From positions 157,658,735 through 157,701,332 of the forward strand of contig NC_068983.1 of assembly GCF_001194135.2 (NCBI RefSeq): a DNA stretch of 42,598 nt, given 5' to 3'. The DNA comes from Octopus bimaculoides (taxonomy: Eukaryota). The notes under the pieces were generated by a model. It did not search any database. It had not been told where the DNA came from and saw only the letters and a program-made list of their open reading frames with translations. Of the stretch, positions 22,457 to 35,640 are shown piece after piece. Positions within the stretch are counted from its first letter, which is position 1. Each line of letters opens with the position of its first letter. Both the position numbers and the translations under genes were made by a program.

Positions 22457-22794
22457 NNNNNNNNNNNNNNNNNNNNNNNNNNNNNNNNNNNNNNNNNNNN
22501 NNNNNNNNNNNNNNNNNNNNNNNNNNNNNNNNNNNNNNNNNNNNNNNNNNNNNNNNNNNNNNNNNNNNNNNNNNNNNNNNNNNNNNNNNNNNNNNNNNNN
22601 NNNNNNNNNNNNNNNNNNNNNNNNNNNNNNNNNNNNNNNNNNNNNNNNNNNNNNNNNNNNNNNNNNNNNNNNNNNNNNNNNNNNNNNNNNNNNNNNNNNN
22701 NNNNNNNNNNNNNNNNNNNNNNNNNNNNNNNNNNNNNNNNNNNNNNNNNNNNNNNNNNNNNNNNNNNNNNNNNNNNNNNNNNNNNNNNNNNNNN

Positions 22795-22985
22795 ATATAT
22801 ATATATATATAATGTGATGGTTGTAAATGAGTATCACTGTGATACAAGCAGTGTCATTCATTTCTAATTCTCTGCAAAATGTGTCTGGCTATGAGGAAAT
22901 ATTACCTTGCTTAGAAACAGGTGAATTTTGGCAACAGGAAAGGCACCAGGCTATATAAAAACTCCTTCTAACCCATGCAAATTTT
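22795..22985 (+). mobile_element. Family B SINE tail after the gap
   Basis: GATGGTTGTAAATGAGTATCAC...GAAATATTACCTTGCTTAGAAACAGGTGA...CAGGAAAGGCA, homologous to 27310-27510 and 37540-37775. Confidence 0.7.
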
Positions 22986-23100
22986 GGTGCAGTCCCACTG
23001 CAGCACCTTGGATGAGTACTTCTACCATAGCCCTAGTCTGATTAAAGCCTTGTTAGTGAATTTGAGAGAATGAAACTAAAAGAAGTCTATTGTGAATGTG

Positions 23101-23180
23101 TCATCATCATCATCATCATCCTCATCATCGTTTAATGTCTATTTTCCATGCTGGCATGGGTTGGACGGTTTGACTGAAGC
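23101..23180 (-). mobile_element. Short RTE-type tail
   Basis: (CAT)n CGTTTAATGTC...TTTTCCATGCTGGCATGGGTTGGACGGTTTGAC. Confidence 0.75.
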
Positions 23181-23604
23181 AGGAACCATTTGCAAGGCTA
23201 TAAGAATCTGTGAAGGTGCATAAAATAATTTATTTCTACTTTTACAAATTCACATAGCATATTGGTCTGAGGGCTTAGGCAATGGTTTTGTGTTGATTTT
23301 TGGTGATGATTTAAAACTTGGTCAACATTGAAGAAAGCAGAATAAGGAAGAGCAGGGGGGGGAGAGGCAAAAGTTTATCGAATATTTCTGCGTAAGCTGG
23401 TTAGAGAGAGTGGAAACAACTTTGCTGATGCATTCCATATTTCTCTGGGTGGGTCTCATTATCCTGAAAGCTAAGTGAGTGGATGATATAAAGCTAGAAT
23501 TTTAGATGAAAAAAATTTTTCAGATGTTTGGCTGTAATTTCTAGTATGTTGAGCAACCACATTGAAACGTTCCTTGTTTCAACATGCATCCATGCATGTG
23601 TGTG

Positions 23605-23980
23605 GAGGCGCAATGGCCCAGTGATTAGTGCAGCGGACTAGCGGTCATAGGATCACGGTTTTGATTCCCAGACCGGGCATTGTGAGTGTTTATTGAGCAA
23701 AAACACCTAAAGCTCCACGAGGCTCCTGCAAGGGATGGTAGCGAACCCTGCTGTACTCTTTCACCACAACTTTCTCTCACTCTTTCTTCCTGTTTCTGTT
23801 GTGCCTGCAATTCAAAGGGTCAGCCTTGTCACACTGTGTCACGCTGAATATCCCCGAGAACTACGTTAAGGGTACACGTGTCTGTGGAGTGCTCAGCCAC
23901 TTGCACGTTAATTTCACGAACAGGCTGTTCCGTTGATCAGATCAACTGGAACCCTCGATGTCGTAAGCGACTGAGTGCCA
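23605..23980 (+). mobile_element. tRNA-derived SINE (Arg-like head), a third family, cut by a gap
   Basis: GGAGGCGCAATGGCCCAGTGATTAG (A box), GGACTAGCGGTC, GGTTTTGATTCCC (B-box-like), followed by a unique GC-richer body. Confidence 0.7.
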
Positions 23981-24667
23981 NNNNNNNNNNNNNNNNNNNN
24001 NNNNNNNNNNNNNNNNNNNNNNNNNNNNNNNNNNNNNNNNNNNNNNNNNNNNNNNNNNNNNNNNNNNNNNNNNNNNNNNNNNNNNNNNNNNNNNNNNNNN
24101 NNNNNNNNNNNNNNNNNNNNNNNNNNNNNNNNNNNNNNNNNNNNNNNNNNNNNNNNNNNNNNNNNNNNNNNNNNNNNNNNNNNNNNNNNNNNNNNNNNNN
24201 NNNNNNNNNNNNNNNNNNNNNNNNNNNNNNNNNNNNNNNNNNNNNNNNNNNNNNNNNNNNNNNNNNNNNNNNNNNNNNNNNNNNNNNNNNNNNNNNNNNN
24301 NNNNNNNNNNNNNNNNNNNNNNNNNNNNNNNNNNNNNNNNNNNNNNNNNNNNNNNNNNNNNNNNNNNNNNNNNNNNNNNNNNNNNNNNNNNNNNNNNNNN
24401 NNNNNNNNNNNNNNNNNNNNNNNNNNNNNNNNNNNNNNNNNNNNNNNNNNNNNNNNNNNNNNNNNNNNNNNNNNNNNNNNNNNNNNNNNNNNNNNNNNNN
24501 NNNNNNNNNNNNNNNNNNNNNNNNNNNNNNNNNNNNNNNNNNNNNNNNNNNNNNNNNNNNNNNNNNNNNNNNNNNNNNNNNNNNNNNNNNNNNNNNNNNN
24601 NNNNNNNNNNNNNNNNNNNNNNNNNNNNNNNNNNNNNNNNNNNNNNNNNNNNNNNNNNNNNNNNNNN

Positions 24668-24730
<63 letters not shown>
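24668..24730. repeat. (CT)n microsatellite
   Basis: Direct reading, adjacent to an N gap. Confidence 0.95.
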
Positions 24731-24734
<4 letters not shown>

Positions 24735-25085
24735 AAATTTGTTTTAGTCACTAGATTGCAGCCATGTTGGGGCACCACCTTGAAGAAATCTTAGTCAAAC
24801 GAATTGACCCCAGCACTTGCTTTTTGAATCTGGTATTTCTGTTGATCTCTTTTGCCGAACCGCCAAGTTATGGAAACATTAACACACCAACACCGGTTGT
24901 CAAGCGTTGGTGGGGAGGGGGACAAATACAGGCACAAATAAATAAATGTATATAACAAGCTTCTTTCAGTTTCTGTCTACCAAATTCACTCACAAGCTTT
25001 GGTTGACCCAAAGGTATAGTGGAAGATACATGGTGAGACTGAACCCAGAACATATGGCTGTGAAGCAAGCTTCTTATCACAATAT
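24735..25085 (-). mobile_element. Family A SINE
   Basis: TTGCAGCCATG...CTCTTTTGCCGAACCGCCAAG...GCTTCTTTCAGTTTCTG...GAAGCAAGCTTCTTA. Confidence 0.75.
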
Positions 25086-25247
25086 AAGCATAACTACAGT
25101 TTAGCACCCCAGGGATCATCCTCAAATTTGACTAGTCTTTGCCCTATAAATTTTTACCTGCTGTACCAATTTTGGTGTGGATCTCTTTTATCATTTTTTA
25201 CATTTCAGCCTAAATGCTGTGGCCATGCTGGAGCGCATGCTCACACA

Positions 25248-25302
<55 letters not shown>

Positions 25303-25489
25303 CATTTTTGCTTTAACATCCACTTTTTCAAGCTTGGATGGGTTGGATGAATTTTGTTGAGGTGGATTTTCTATGGTTGGATATCATCCTTGTTGCCAAT
25401 TCTTACCTGTTTTCAAGTAAGGTAATATTTTGTAATGATGGTGGACTCATTTACAACTACAGGGTCGGGTAGAGAGGATGGACACCCGT

Positions 25490-25642
25490 TACATTCTTGG
25501 AGTGGTTGGCGTTAGGAAGGGCATCCAGCTATAGAAAACCATGCCTAATCAGACTGGAGTATGGTGCAGCCTTTCAGCATGCCAGCCCGGTCAAACTGTC
25601 CAACCCATGCTAGCATGGACAACAGACATTAAATGATGATGA
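25490..25642 (+). mobile_element. RTE-type tail
   Basis: GAGTGGTTGGCGTTAGGAAGGGCATCCAGCT...CCAACCCATGCTAGCATGG...(GAT)n. Confidence 0.85.
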
Positions 25643-25829
25643 TATATATGTATATATCATCATCATCATTTAATGTCTGTTGATGTTCTATACTGGCTTA
25701 ATTTGGACAGTTTAGAAGATGAGGGGTAAAAGTATGACAGAAGGGGCCAGAACAGGTTTCTTGCCATAGATGGCTATCACTACTCACATTTTAAAATAGA
25801 GAGTGAAAATGATTGTGTTGGCTATAGGC

Positions 25830-26025
25830 ACATGTGTAGTTGTGTGGCAAGAGGTTTGTTTCCCAAGCATATGGTTCCAGTTTCAGCCCCACTGTGTGAC
25901 AGCTTGGACAAGTCTTCAGCTATAGTCCCAGGTTGATCAAAGCCTTGTGAATGAATTTGATAGATGGAAACTGAAAGAAGCCTGCTGTATTTATGTTTGT
26001 ATATATATATATATATATATATATA
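25830..26025 (+). mobile_element. tRNA-derived SINE head with (TA)n
   Basis: GGCACATGTGTAGTTGTGTGG...TTCCCAAGCATATGGTTCCAGTTTCAGCCCCAC...GGAAACTGAAAGAAGCC. Confidence 0.7.
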
Positions 26026-27250
26026 TTTTCACTTTGCTAAAGATTTTCTACTATTTGAAAATAATATGTATTCTTGTTTTTATACTATTCATTTGGTTCT
26101 TTATAGATTATTTTAATAGATAACTTATTTAACACTATATTATTTAGGAGTTATAGTTTCATTTCAACATAATATTAGAACTTCGATTGGAATAGTGTTG
26201 ATATATTTTCGATTATTTTTGATTAATATTATTTGATTAATTATTAATCTTTATAGTTTATAATATCGTTAAAGTTTTTTTTAAATCAAAACTTTGTATA
26301 TATATATAAAGTTTAACCTTTTANNNNNNNNNNNNNNNNNNNNNNNNNNNNNNNNNNNNNNNNNNNNNNNNNNNNNNNNNNNNNNNNNNNNNNNNNNNNN
26401 NNNNNNNNNNNNNNNNNNNNNNNNNNNNNNNNNNNNNNNNNNNNNNNNNNNNNNNNNNNNNNNNNNNNNNNNNNNNNNNNNNNNNNNNNNNNNNNNNNNN
26501 NNNNNNNNNNNNNNNNNNNNNNNNNNNNNNNNNNNNNNNNNNNNNNNNNNNNNNNNNNNNNNNNNNNNNNNNNNNNNNNNNNNNNNNNNNNNNNNNNNNN
26601 NNNNNNNNNNNNNNNNNNNNNNNNNNNNNNNNNNNNNNNNNNNNNNNNNNNNNNNNNNNNNNNNNNNNNNNNNNNNNNNNNNNNNNNNNNNNNNNNNNNN
26701 NNNNNNNNNNNNNNNNNNNNNNNNNNNNNNNNNNNNNNNNNNNNNNNNNNNNNNNNNNNNNNNNNNNNNNNNNNNNNNNNNNNNNNNNNNNNNNNNNNNN
26801 NNNNNNNNNNNNNNNNNNNNNNNNNNNNNNNNNNNNNNNNNNNNNNNNNNNNNNNNNNNNNNNNNNNNNNNNNNNNNNNNNNNNNNNNNNNNNNNNNNNN
26901 NNNNNNNNNNNNNNNNNNNNNNNNNNNNNNNNNNNNNNNNNNNNNNNNNNNNNNNNNNNNNNNNNNNNNNNNNNNNNNNNNNNNNNNNNNNNNNNNNNNN
27001 NNNTTATTATATTTATCTTATGATATTTACTTTACTTTATATTATACTCATTTATTGTGCTTTTAATTATTAATTTTTCTATATGTGATAGTGGATTTTC
27101 ATCGATGAGTTCTTGAAAATTGGTTATTTTCCCTAAAACTATATATATTTTATATATACTTTATCTATAAGGCTCAATTTAATTTTTTATAAATTGATTT
27201 TAATTGAGTTTTTTACCTGTAATTTTGGATTTTGTCCCTAATAATATTAT

Positions 27251-27309
<59 letters not shown>

Positions 27310-27600
27310 CCTTGTCATGAAATTACTAACAGTTGTAAATGATTATCATTGTCATTCATTTCTAGCATACTGTGAGATCAAGTCTGGCCATAGGGAAATA
27401 TTACATTGCTTGGAAACAGGTGAGGTTTAGTGATAGAAAGGGCATCTCCATAAATTCTGTCCAACCATTACAAGCATTGTAAAGAGGATGTTAAAATGAT
27501 GAAATGATGTTGGTAATGATGATGTTTCTTATTCATCACACTATTATCAGTAATATTATTAATGCTATTAATATAATTATTATTATTATTATTATTATTG

Positions 27601-28112
27601 TTCAGTAGTTTTATTTTTATAACGTGCTTTCACTTCACTACCGAGCGCAGCTCTGTGCGCCTTGGGTATGTGCTGTGGTTTGCTGTGGTGCTCTTATGTT
27701 TACTGTATTGAAAGTGTTTTGCGTAGAATGTGTGCAGTACCCAGTAGTGCAATTTTCTGTATGTTATATATATTTGTAACTCCTGGTGTTTTTGTTATGT
27801 ATTTGTCTGGATATTTTTTTATTATACCTAAGGCACCTACTATGATAGGAATTGTTTCTGTTTTTAGATTCCACAATCAAGTTATCTCTATTTCCAGGTC
27901 TTTGTATTTTGAAAGTTTTTCCATTTCTTTTAGAGAAACGTTGTCATCTGCTGGTATTGATACATCAATTAGAAAGCATTTTTTTTCTTCATGATCTTTG
28001 ATAACTATATCTGGTCTATTTGCCTTAATTTCTCTATCTGTGTGTATTGGCATATCCCAGAGTATGGTTGCTTTCTTGTTTTCTGTGACCTTTTCTGGCA
28101 TGTGTTTATACC

Positions 28113-28113
<1 letters not shown>
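27601..28113 (-). mobile_element. 3' fragment of an R4/Dong-like LINE (restriction-like endonuclease domain and 3'UTR)
   Basis: WYKHMPEKVTEN...ILWDMPIHTD...NRPDIVIKD...CFLIDVSIPADDN...EMEKLSKYKDL...LLGTAHILRKTLSIQ*, the PD-(D/E)xK RLE pattern. Flanked by (ATT)n on both sides. Confidence 0.85.
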
Positions 28114-28152
<39 letters not shown>

Positions 28153-28154
<2 letters not shown>

Positions 28155-28865
28155 GAAGAATGTAACTAGATCCTCTTTACTATTGGGACAATTATTATTA
28201 TAGAAACAAAGGTCAGGTTTGGTCTTATTTCTGGTAGGATTTATGTGGCTAGTGGGTTACTACTGATAACCTTAGGCATCTATATGTTTTTGGCTGTCTT
28301 TCAAGTGCTCAGAACCCTCCTGATAATCCTTGCTGTCCCTAAGAGGCAAACTTCTTGTAGGAGCTCTGCTGGGCATTCTATTTCAATCTCCTTCAGCCAT
28401 TTGTCTATATCTTGGCTTACTATTCTCGACGCATCAATTATTATACGCACGACCTTTACTGTTTGCATGCTCCAAATTCTTCCTATTTCGAATTTTAAAG
28501 GATTGTATTTTCTTTGCTTTTCTTCCTCTTTCTTTATGATCCTGGAATCAAACAGACATGATGGGTTGATAAGTAAGCAACTTCGCTTTTCCTTATCTAT
28601 GATTGTAATATTTGGTCTATCGTTTTCTAACTTCTTGTCTATTTGAATAGGAAAGTCCCACAAAATCTTACATTTCTCCAACTCTAGTACTATTTTGACT
28701 TGATGATTGTGGCATGTGTTTCCAGCTTCAAATCCCCACTTGTGGCACAGTTTCCAGTGTAAAACTTTTACAACCTGGTTGTATCTCCATTTCTTATATT
28801 CTTCCTGTACCAAGTTGGGGCATTCTTCCACAATGTGTGCCACTGTCTCCTCTTTGATCTGTTTT
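28153..28865 (-). mobile_element. Second, more diverged R4/Dong-like LINE fragment (CCHC knuckle remnant and RLE)
   Basis: EETVAHIVEECPNL...Y...LHWKLC...KILWDFPIQ.D....RPNI.IIDK...C..I...C.FD...KY..L...LLGTARIIRRVLST*. Confidence 0.85.
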
Positions 28866-28922
28866 ATCATTATTATCATTATTACTAGGTCATTGCTCAT
28901 TGCTATACTTCCAGTAAAAATA

Positions 28923-30209
28923 TTGGGTCATCCCATAAATAATGCAGATTTTTTTAATACTTCATTTATTTTTCAGAATAAAGACAAAGTTCTTTTTTTA
29001 CTCTAAAATATACTCTCCTTCATTTTCTACAATGCTCTTCCATGTATCTAGTAGACTTGCAAGGTCTCTCTTCCAAAATTCACTTGTCCGTGATGAAAAA
29101 TGCTCCTCCAGTACCGTTCTGATTTCGTCTACAGAATTCGTATTTTTTCAGTCCAAATGATTTTGAAGACTGTGGAATAAATAATAATCAGATGGGGCAA
29201 TGTTTGGCGAATACAGTGAGTGGGGCATCCTTTCCCATTCAAACTACTCCAGCCTTTGGAATGTCATCTTTGCTGTCTGTATATGGCCAAGCATTATCCT
29301 GATCGAAGAACATCTTTTGTCTTGAAACCAAAGATGGTCATTTTCCTTCAAGCACTGACTTAAGCCACTCAAACTGCTCACAATAGATCTCCTTTGTTAT
29401 CGTTTGGTTTGGGTTTAACAGTTCAAAGTGGACTAAACCTTTCATATCCCGCCAAACAGATAATAACACTTTACGTGGGTGAAGACCTTCTTTAGCCTGG
29501 GGTGCTGGTGTTTCTCCTTTCCCTACCCACTGTCTTTGGCACTTGACATTTTTATAGAGAACCCATTTCTCATCACCAGTCACTATTTGGTCCAAACAAA
29601 GGTTCATTTGTGAGATGTGGCTACAAAGAAGAGCACACAATCACTCTCTGCACGTGATTAGACTCAGAAAGTTTGTGATGAACCCATTGACCCAATTTGC
29701 TGGCTTTTTTGATGGCACACAAGTGTTGATGAATGGTTGAATGAACAAATCCAAGCTTCTCTGCTAGTTCCTCAACAGTTACGATGGGATTTTGTTCCAT
29801 CAGGGTTTGCAGGACATACTTGTTGAGCTCTACAGATAATCCAGGACGAGGCTTGTCTTCTGTAGTTTCCGGGTTGGAATTTCTGTAACCACTGTTGATA
29901 CTGGCTTATGCTTATTGTCTTATCTCCATATACTGCATTAATATTCCTTGCACTTTCTGTTGTGTTGTTGCCTTTATTCAACTCCTAAAGCAAAATATAC
30001 CAAATATGCACCTTTGTCACTTCCATTATAGCTTTGAAAAAATAACTGTTAAAATTGAATTGTACTCTTCAGAACTTACACTAAGAATAACTACAAGGTA
30101 AAATTACTACCTGCTTTTACAGCAAGTTGATGCAGGTAGTTTATCCTGTCCCCCTCTAATTTTTGGTTCATGCAATTGAAAAAATTGCATTATTTATGGG
30201 ATGACCCAA
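28923..30209 (-). mobile_element. Full-length but defective mariner transposon (~1.29 kb)
   Basis: TIRs TTGGGTCATCCCATAAATAATGC at both ends with TA duplications at 28921-28922 and 30210-30211. Broken transposase with IVTGDEKWVLY, LHPRKVLLSVW and PLYSPNIAPSDY motifs. Confidence 0.92.
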
Positions 30210-31492
30210 TATTTGTTAATCAGGCATGTACCTTCATAAATTTTTCAAATTGAAAGGCTTTTTGTTAAAGTCTGTGTTGCATTGTCTATATGTTGAAAGG
30301 AATACAGAAATACCTGCACACACATAACCCCACCAAAATAACTATATGTATTATATGCATATAGCCTTTTTTTTAAGTCTTTGTTGCATTGTATTGACAG
30401 ACTTGCACTTAAAATTCTCACATTTTAAATCAAAACTTGTTAGTTACTGAGGTGAAAACACTACCTATTTATCTATCTTTTACACACACACACACACTCT
30501 CTCTCTCTGTCACTGTATTTCTCTCTCTACAACTTTTTCACCTCTCTCTCTCTCTCACTGTATTTATCTCTCAACAACTTTTTCACCTCCCCTTCTCTCT
30601 CTCTACACAGATGTTGTTACGAACAAACAGATGGAGATCAATTTCTCTTTTATAATATTATTATCATAAGTAATATAGTTATTATTATTAGTATTAGTAG
30701 TAGTGTTGATGCTAATATTTGAGTAATTTCTAGGTAAGTTTTACTTTTGCTCCTAATTTTATTTTTGATTTCACTCATATTATTATTACAAGGTAGTTGT
30801 AGCAAGAGATGCTATTATTATTGTTAGAAAAGTTGATGTTAGAATTAGTCACAGCAACACAAATGTCATTATTATAATTATTATATCCAGGGTTAAAAGA
30901 ACCTAGTTCAGTTTTCATCTGTTAGAAACTACAATTATAGATTCAAGATTTTGTATAGTTGTGAAAGGCAACTATATAGTGGAAGTATTAAATATGGAGT
31001 GATACTGAGGCTGAAATGGGATATTAGACTTTAGAATATTAAAGAAAAGCTTATCTAGATTTATTCAGAAAACAAGATGGAGGTAGGTGTAAAGCATAGA
31101 ACTGACTACCTTCTGCTCCTGTTTTGTCATCCAAGACATTTTAGTTGGGTAGAATCATTATTCAAAAGATGAGTTTTGGGCCCATCTGTGCCATCATTTT
31201 TTGAGATAATCTTGGGCAATACCAGGGACATATGATTAGTATTAGAATTATACTTTAAAAGAAAAGGGTGTATTTCATGGAGAACTCTATGACAGTGAAA
31301 ATCAGAATTATACTTATTGTTCATAGAAAATAGGATAATATTGGATTTATTCAATATATCCAATATGTCTTTAATATTATTGGAGATTTGTGTAGAAGTA
31401 GAATTTTGAGTTTAGAATTAAGGATGCCAGATATTTTATCAGAGAAACCACTGGTTAGCAGGGACTTATTATAGTAAGGTGTGTGATTATTA

Positions 31493-31736
31493 GCCAGTGA
31501 CATGTAAAAGCACCTGTATCGGTGACACATGGTAGCATTCGTGCTGGTGACACGTAAAAGCACCTGTTCTGGTGACATGTAAAGGGCACCTACTACACTC
31601 TTGGAGTAGTTTGTGTTAGGCATCCAGCTGTAGAAACCAAGCCAAAATAAGACTGGAACGGCTTTTTGGCTTACCAGTTCCAGTCAAACTGTCTAACCCA
31701 TGCCAGCATGGAAAATGGATGTTAAATGATGATGAT
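31493..31736 (+). mobile_element. RTE-type tail with repeated GTGACA(C/T)GTAAAAGCACC units
   Basis: Three copies of the unit, then CACTACACTCTTGGAGT...GGCATCCAGCTGTAGAAAC...(GAT)n. Confidence 0.8.
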
Positions 31737-32489
31737 CTTCATTTGCAGATAGGCTGGAAATTCTAATGGAAACACTATGAATCTATAGGGGTTAAATTTA
31801 ACATTACTCTACTGGAAACATTCATTAGTTTTATGAAAGAGAAAATACAAGCCTGAATTTAAATCTAAAGTAACATCTATGAAATTAGCTGTATCAAACT
31901 ATTATCAAAGATAAGGTATAAATTGAAATTGTGGAAAAATTTATGTAGAGCTTTGTAGATAGGTTGAATAATTTGGAATAATTGGTAGCAATGAGCAAAT
32001 TACTGTCTCTATATAGGCCACCTTCAGTTTTAGGAAAATGTGTTAGCAGTCAGTATACAAAAAAATAAGCTAACTGGGTCAGTAACTTGCTTGGAATCAG
32101 AAGAATTTAGAAGTGGATGATTGACACTAGAATTTATTATTGAAAAAAATAAGAGTTTTTCTTGTCATTAGTATCATGTCTATATTCATCACAGAGTGAA
32201 TGTGTTAGTTTCCTAGCTTTATTCAGTAAAATATGGGATATAGAAAAATAATAGTTTTTAATACTGAGTATTGCTTTTATTAGGAACCAAGTTGTTATCT
32301 CACCAGTATTACCCCAAAGATTAAGCTTATCTTTGACAACAAGAATAATTCTATCCAAAATAGGTTTACTAATATATCTGAGGCTGGATGTAGTGGGGCA
32401 GATAAGTTTGATTGAAGGTTTAATGAGAAGATCAGCCTTGTGACAAGGTCAAAGGCTAAGAAAAGTAATGCTAAGATTGTGAAGTCTTG

Positions 32490-33480
32490 CATGCATTAAT
32501 TTCAACTCTTTCTGTTAATAACTGCATTGTTTTTTTTTTCAGCTAAACTGACATATGATTGTTCAAAGAAAACTTCAAAAGTAACTAGAAGTGACTTCTC
32601 TTGAAAATGGGCAAATTTGGCATTGTGGTGTTATCAAGTACCGGCAGAAAAAGGGTTTGCCCCTAAGGATATTCATACTGACATGCTTGCTATATTATGG
32701 GATGACACTCCAGCTTTATCAACAAAAGTGGGCAACTGAATTTAAGAAGAGGAAGAGAGAGTCATGAAAATGACCCAAGGTCTGAATGTCCTGCAACTGC
32801 CATCACCAAGGAAAACTTTGATCATGTTCACCATATGGAAAATTTGACATTGTTTGAGGTAGCTCCAGCTGGTTTTCTTGAATGTTTCCTAAGCCAGGAG
32901 GAGTGTTGGTTCATCACTTTGAACCAGAGACAAAAAGACAATCCGTGCAGTGGAAACACTCCTCCTCATCTGCTCCAAACAAAGCTAAGGTCATTTCATC
33001 TGCAGGGAAGGTAATGGCCTCAGTTTTTTGGGATGCAAAAGGCATTGTGTTTATTGAATATCTTCTAAAAGGCTACACCATCAATGAGGTGTACTATGCC
33101 AACTTGCTGAAGTAGTTATGAAAGGCTATGAAGATCAAACACCTGGGAAAACTGAGAGAAGGAGTCTTGTTTCTTCAGGACAAAGCTCCAGCACACAAGT
33201 TATTGGTTTAAATGGTTGTTGTGGATGACTGTGGCTTTGAACTGGTTGATCAGCCTCTTTATTCTCCTGATTTGGCCCCATCTGGCTATCACCTGTTTCC
33301 CAACATGTAAAAACATGGCTGGGAACCAGTATTGCAGTGATGATGACATCATATCTGCTGTTAATGACTTTTTTGAACAACAGGATGAAAGAAGTGTGTG
33401 GACTGCAAGGGAGAGTATGTTGATCACAGTTGGTCTCATTCCATGAGAGTATCTTGGTCAGCCTATGAACTTTTCAGTCA
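32490..33480 (+). mobile_element. Internally deleted mariner, probably irritans-like
   Basis: HTH start (GVIKY.QKKG.APKDIH), HHFEPETKRQSVQWKH...AGKVMASVFWDAKG, and PLYSPDLAPSGYHLFPNM. Ends are approximate. Confidence 0.85.
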
Positions 33481-34289
33481 GTTTTCTCTCTCTTTCTTCT
33501 GAGCTCTATACTGTTTTACATAATTTTCTTCAAAACGTTTTTTCTTACTAAATCAGAACCAAGAGATGCATACTCACTTTCAGAGAGCATGCACAAGTCT
33601 CAATGGAAAAAAGGGACAAATATTTAGGTTGATTTGTAAAATGATGTTGATGACTATGAAATTGAAACATGGACACATAAAAAGGCTTGCTTTTTGTTCA
33701 ACCTACACACCATGTCAATAATATGCTTTCTTTTTAAACTAGGAGAAGCAATTATTCAAACTTTTTTACTGTAATTCTGTAATGAATTTGTTACACTTTA
33801 TAATTTCAACATTTTTTCTAAAATAAAGTTCCACAAACTAGTATTTTTTAAAAAATAGCTTTAATGTCAAAAAAATGAATAAAAGTTGTACAAAGGTATT
33901 AACAATTTATAAAAATATGAACAAAATATGTCGTATGTTAGTATAGATGGAATAATAGTTTATTAGATTTGTATACTGTTAGATGATTTGGTTTTTATAG
34001 CTTACTGCTGGCCAATGAAATAATAAAATGAAAATATTCAATATTAACAAGGTAGACATGCAATGTAATGTGTCTTTCATAGAAGTACATCATGATTAGT
34101 GTAGTAACGTTTGAATTCATGAACAGTAGCGTATTATAAGTTAGTATAACAAAAATTGACACAGCCTAAATAAAAATAAACACAATCACATTATATCAAA
34201 CAAGTATTTGGATTTCTCTTGATTTTCGAACACTTCTCACACTTGTTCCATACCACCACTAACTTTCCACTCATAATTCTTTTCATTAA

Positions 34290-34690
34290 ACACAGGTATG
34301 GCTGTGAGGTTAAGAAGTTCACTTCCCAACCATGTGGCTTCTGGTTCAGTTCCACCACATGGCATTTTGGGCAACTGTCTTCCATTATAACCTTGATCCA
34401 ATCAAAGCATTATGAGAAGATTTGGTTGGTGGAAACTGAAAGAAGCTTGTTGTTTGTGTGTGCGCACTCACACTTGTATGTGTGTCTGAAAAATCACTGA
34501 TCTACATGCAGTGATGTCATCATTTCCCATATTAACAAATCATTGCTGGTTTCATACCATTCAAAATGTGTAGAATAAGAGGTCCCTGACTTAAAAAAAA
34601 AGGTAAGGGTTAATGCTAAGAAAGGCATCTGGCTGTAAAACAATTGCCTCAGTAATATAGCCATTTACTCCATGCTAGTATGGAAAAAAC
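34290..34690 (+). mobile_element. Family B SINE
   Basis: GGTATGGCTGTGAGGTTAAGAAG head, (TG)n tract, GAAAGGCATCTGGCTGTAAAA...CCATGCTAGTATGGAAA tail. Confidence 0.7.
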
Positions 34691-34967
34691 CCAAACCCAA
34701 ATAATAAGCTTATTATCAACTGATTAATCATTGTTAGTAATATTATTGTCTCTAAATCTTCCATCCTATTTCTAATACATCACACATTGCCTCCTTATCC
34801 AACATTGCTAATATTCTTGCTGGCATTCCTCTATTATCAGATTGATTGTACATACATATATTTTCATGTACAACATACATGCGCAATAAGAGGCAGTTAA
34901 CTAATAAGAAAAGAAATAGGTAAAGGTCTACTACTGAGAGGTAGATAGTATGAGTGAAAGATTTGCT

Positions 34968-35155
34968 GTAGGCGCGGGCATGGCTGTGTGGTTAAGAAGC
35001 TTGCTTCCCAGCTGCATGGTTTCGGGTTCAGTCCCACCGTGTGACACCTAGGGCAAGTGTCTTCTGCTATAGCCCCGAGCCGACCGAAGCTTTGTGATTG
35101 AATTTGGTAGGCGGAAGTTACTGCTGTGTGTGTATATGTCTGTGTATGTGCTTGT
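34968..35155 (+). mobile_element. tRNA-derived SINE head, well preserved
   Basis: GGCGCGGGCATGGCTGTGTGGTTAAGAAGCTTGCTTCCCAGC...GGGTTCAGTCCCAC...GGGCAAGTGTCTTCTGCTATAGCC. Confidence 0.8.
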
Positions 35156-35640
35156 GCCTCTCTCCCAGAGAGTGAGAGAGGGTACGTATAATAATTCTGC
35201 TTGTCATTGCTTTACTGACTCCATTGGTAACACTTTCACATGATTATAGAAAAAGAGGGAGAGATGCATCCATGAAGTGAGGTGGAGGGAATGTAATTGC
35301 AATGCTTTCATGTGATTAGTTGAAGGGAGAAAGAAAAAGAGGATGAGGATAAGGCAAAGAGTGAGACAGAAAGAGAGAGAAGCGTCCATGATGTAAGGTA
35401 GGGAGAACGTAATATTTATTACATGGTTAAAAAAGTTAGTTGAAGGTAGAGGTGAGTTACAAATATAATTTTAGCAGAAGGGTGATGTTCTGATGATGAG
35501 ATTAAAGAAAGGCAAAGAAAGAAGGAGGGAGAGAGAAATAGAGATGATGATGGTGGTTGTGGTAGTGATTGGATAATGAAAATTGTATTTTTTATAAAAA
35601 ATTGAACTAAGTTTTTTTTTATATTACCTATCACTTAACA

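Larger units (their letters stand above)
1091..27003. other. Assembly gaps at 1091-1130, 5691-5700, 22457-22794, 23981-24667 and 26324-27003
   Basis: Runs of N, three of them next to microsatellites. Confidence 0.99.

Noticed and set aside
22368-27073. Long ORFs made mostly of X
   Set aside because: Artefacts of N gaps and microsatellites.
30630-32500. Several N/I-rich minus-strand ORFs of 60-100 codons
   Set aside because: Frames are mutually inconsistent, lack convincing splice sites or motifs, and are explained by strand compositional bias.
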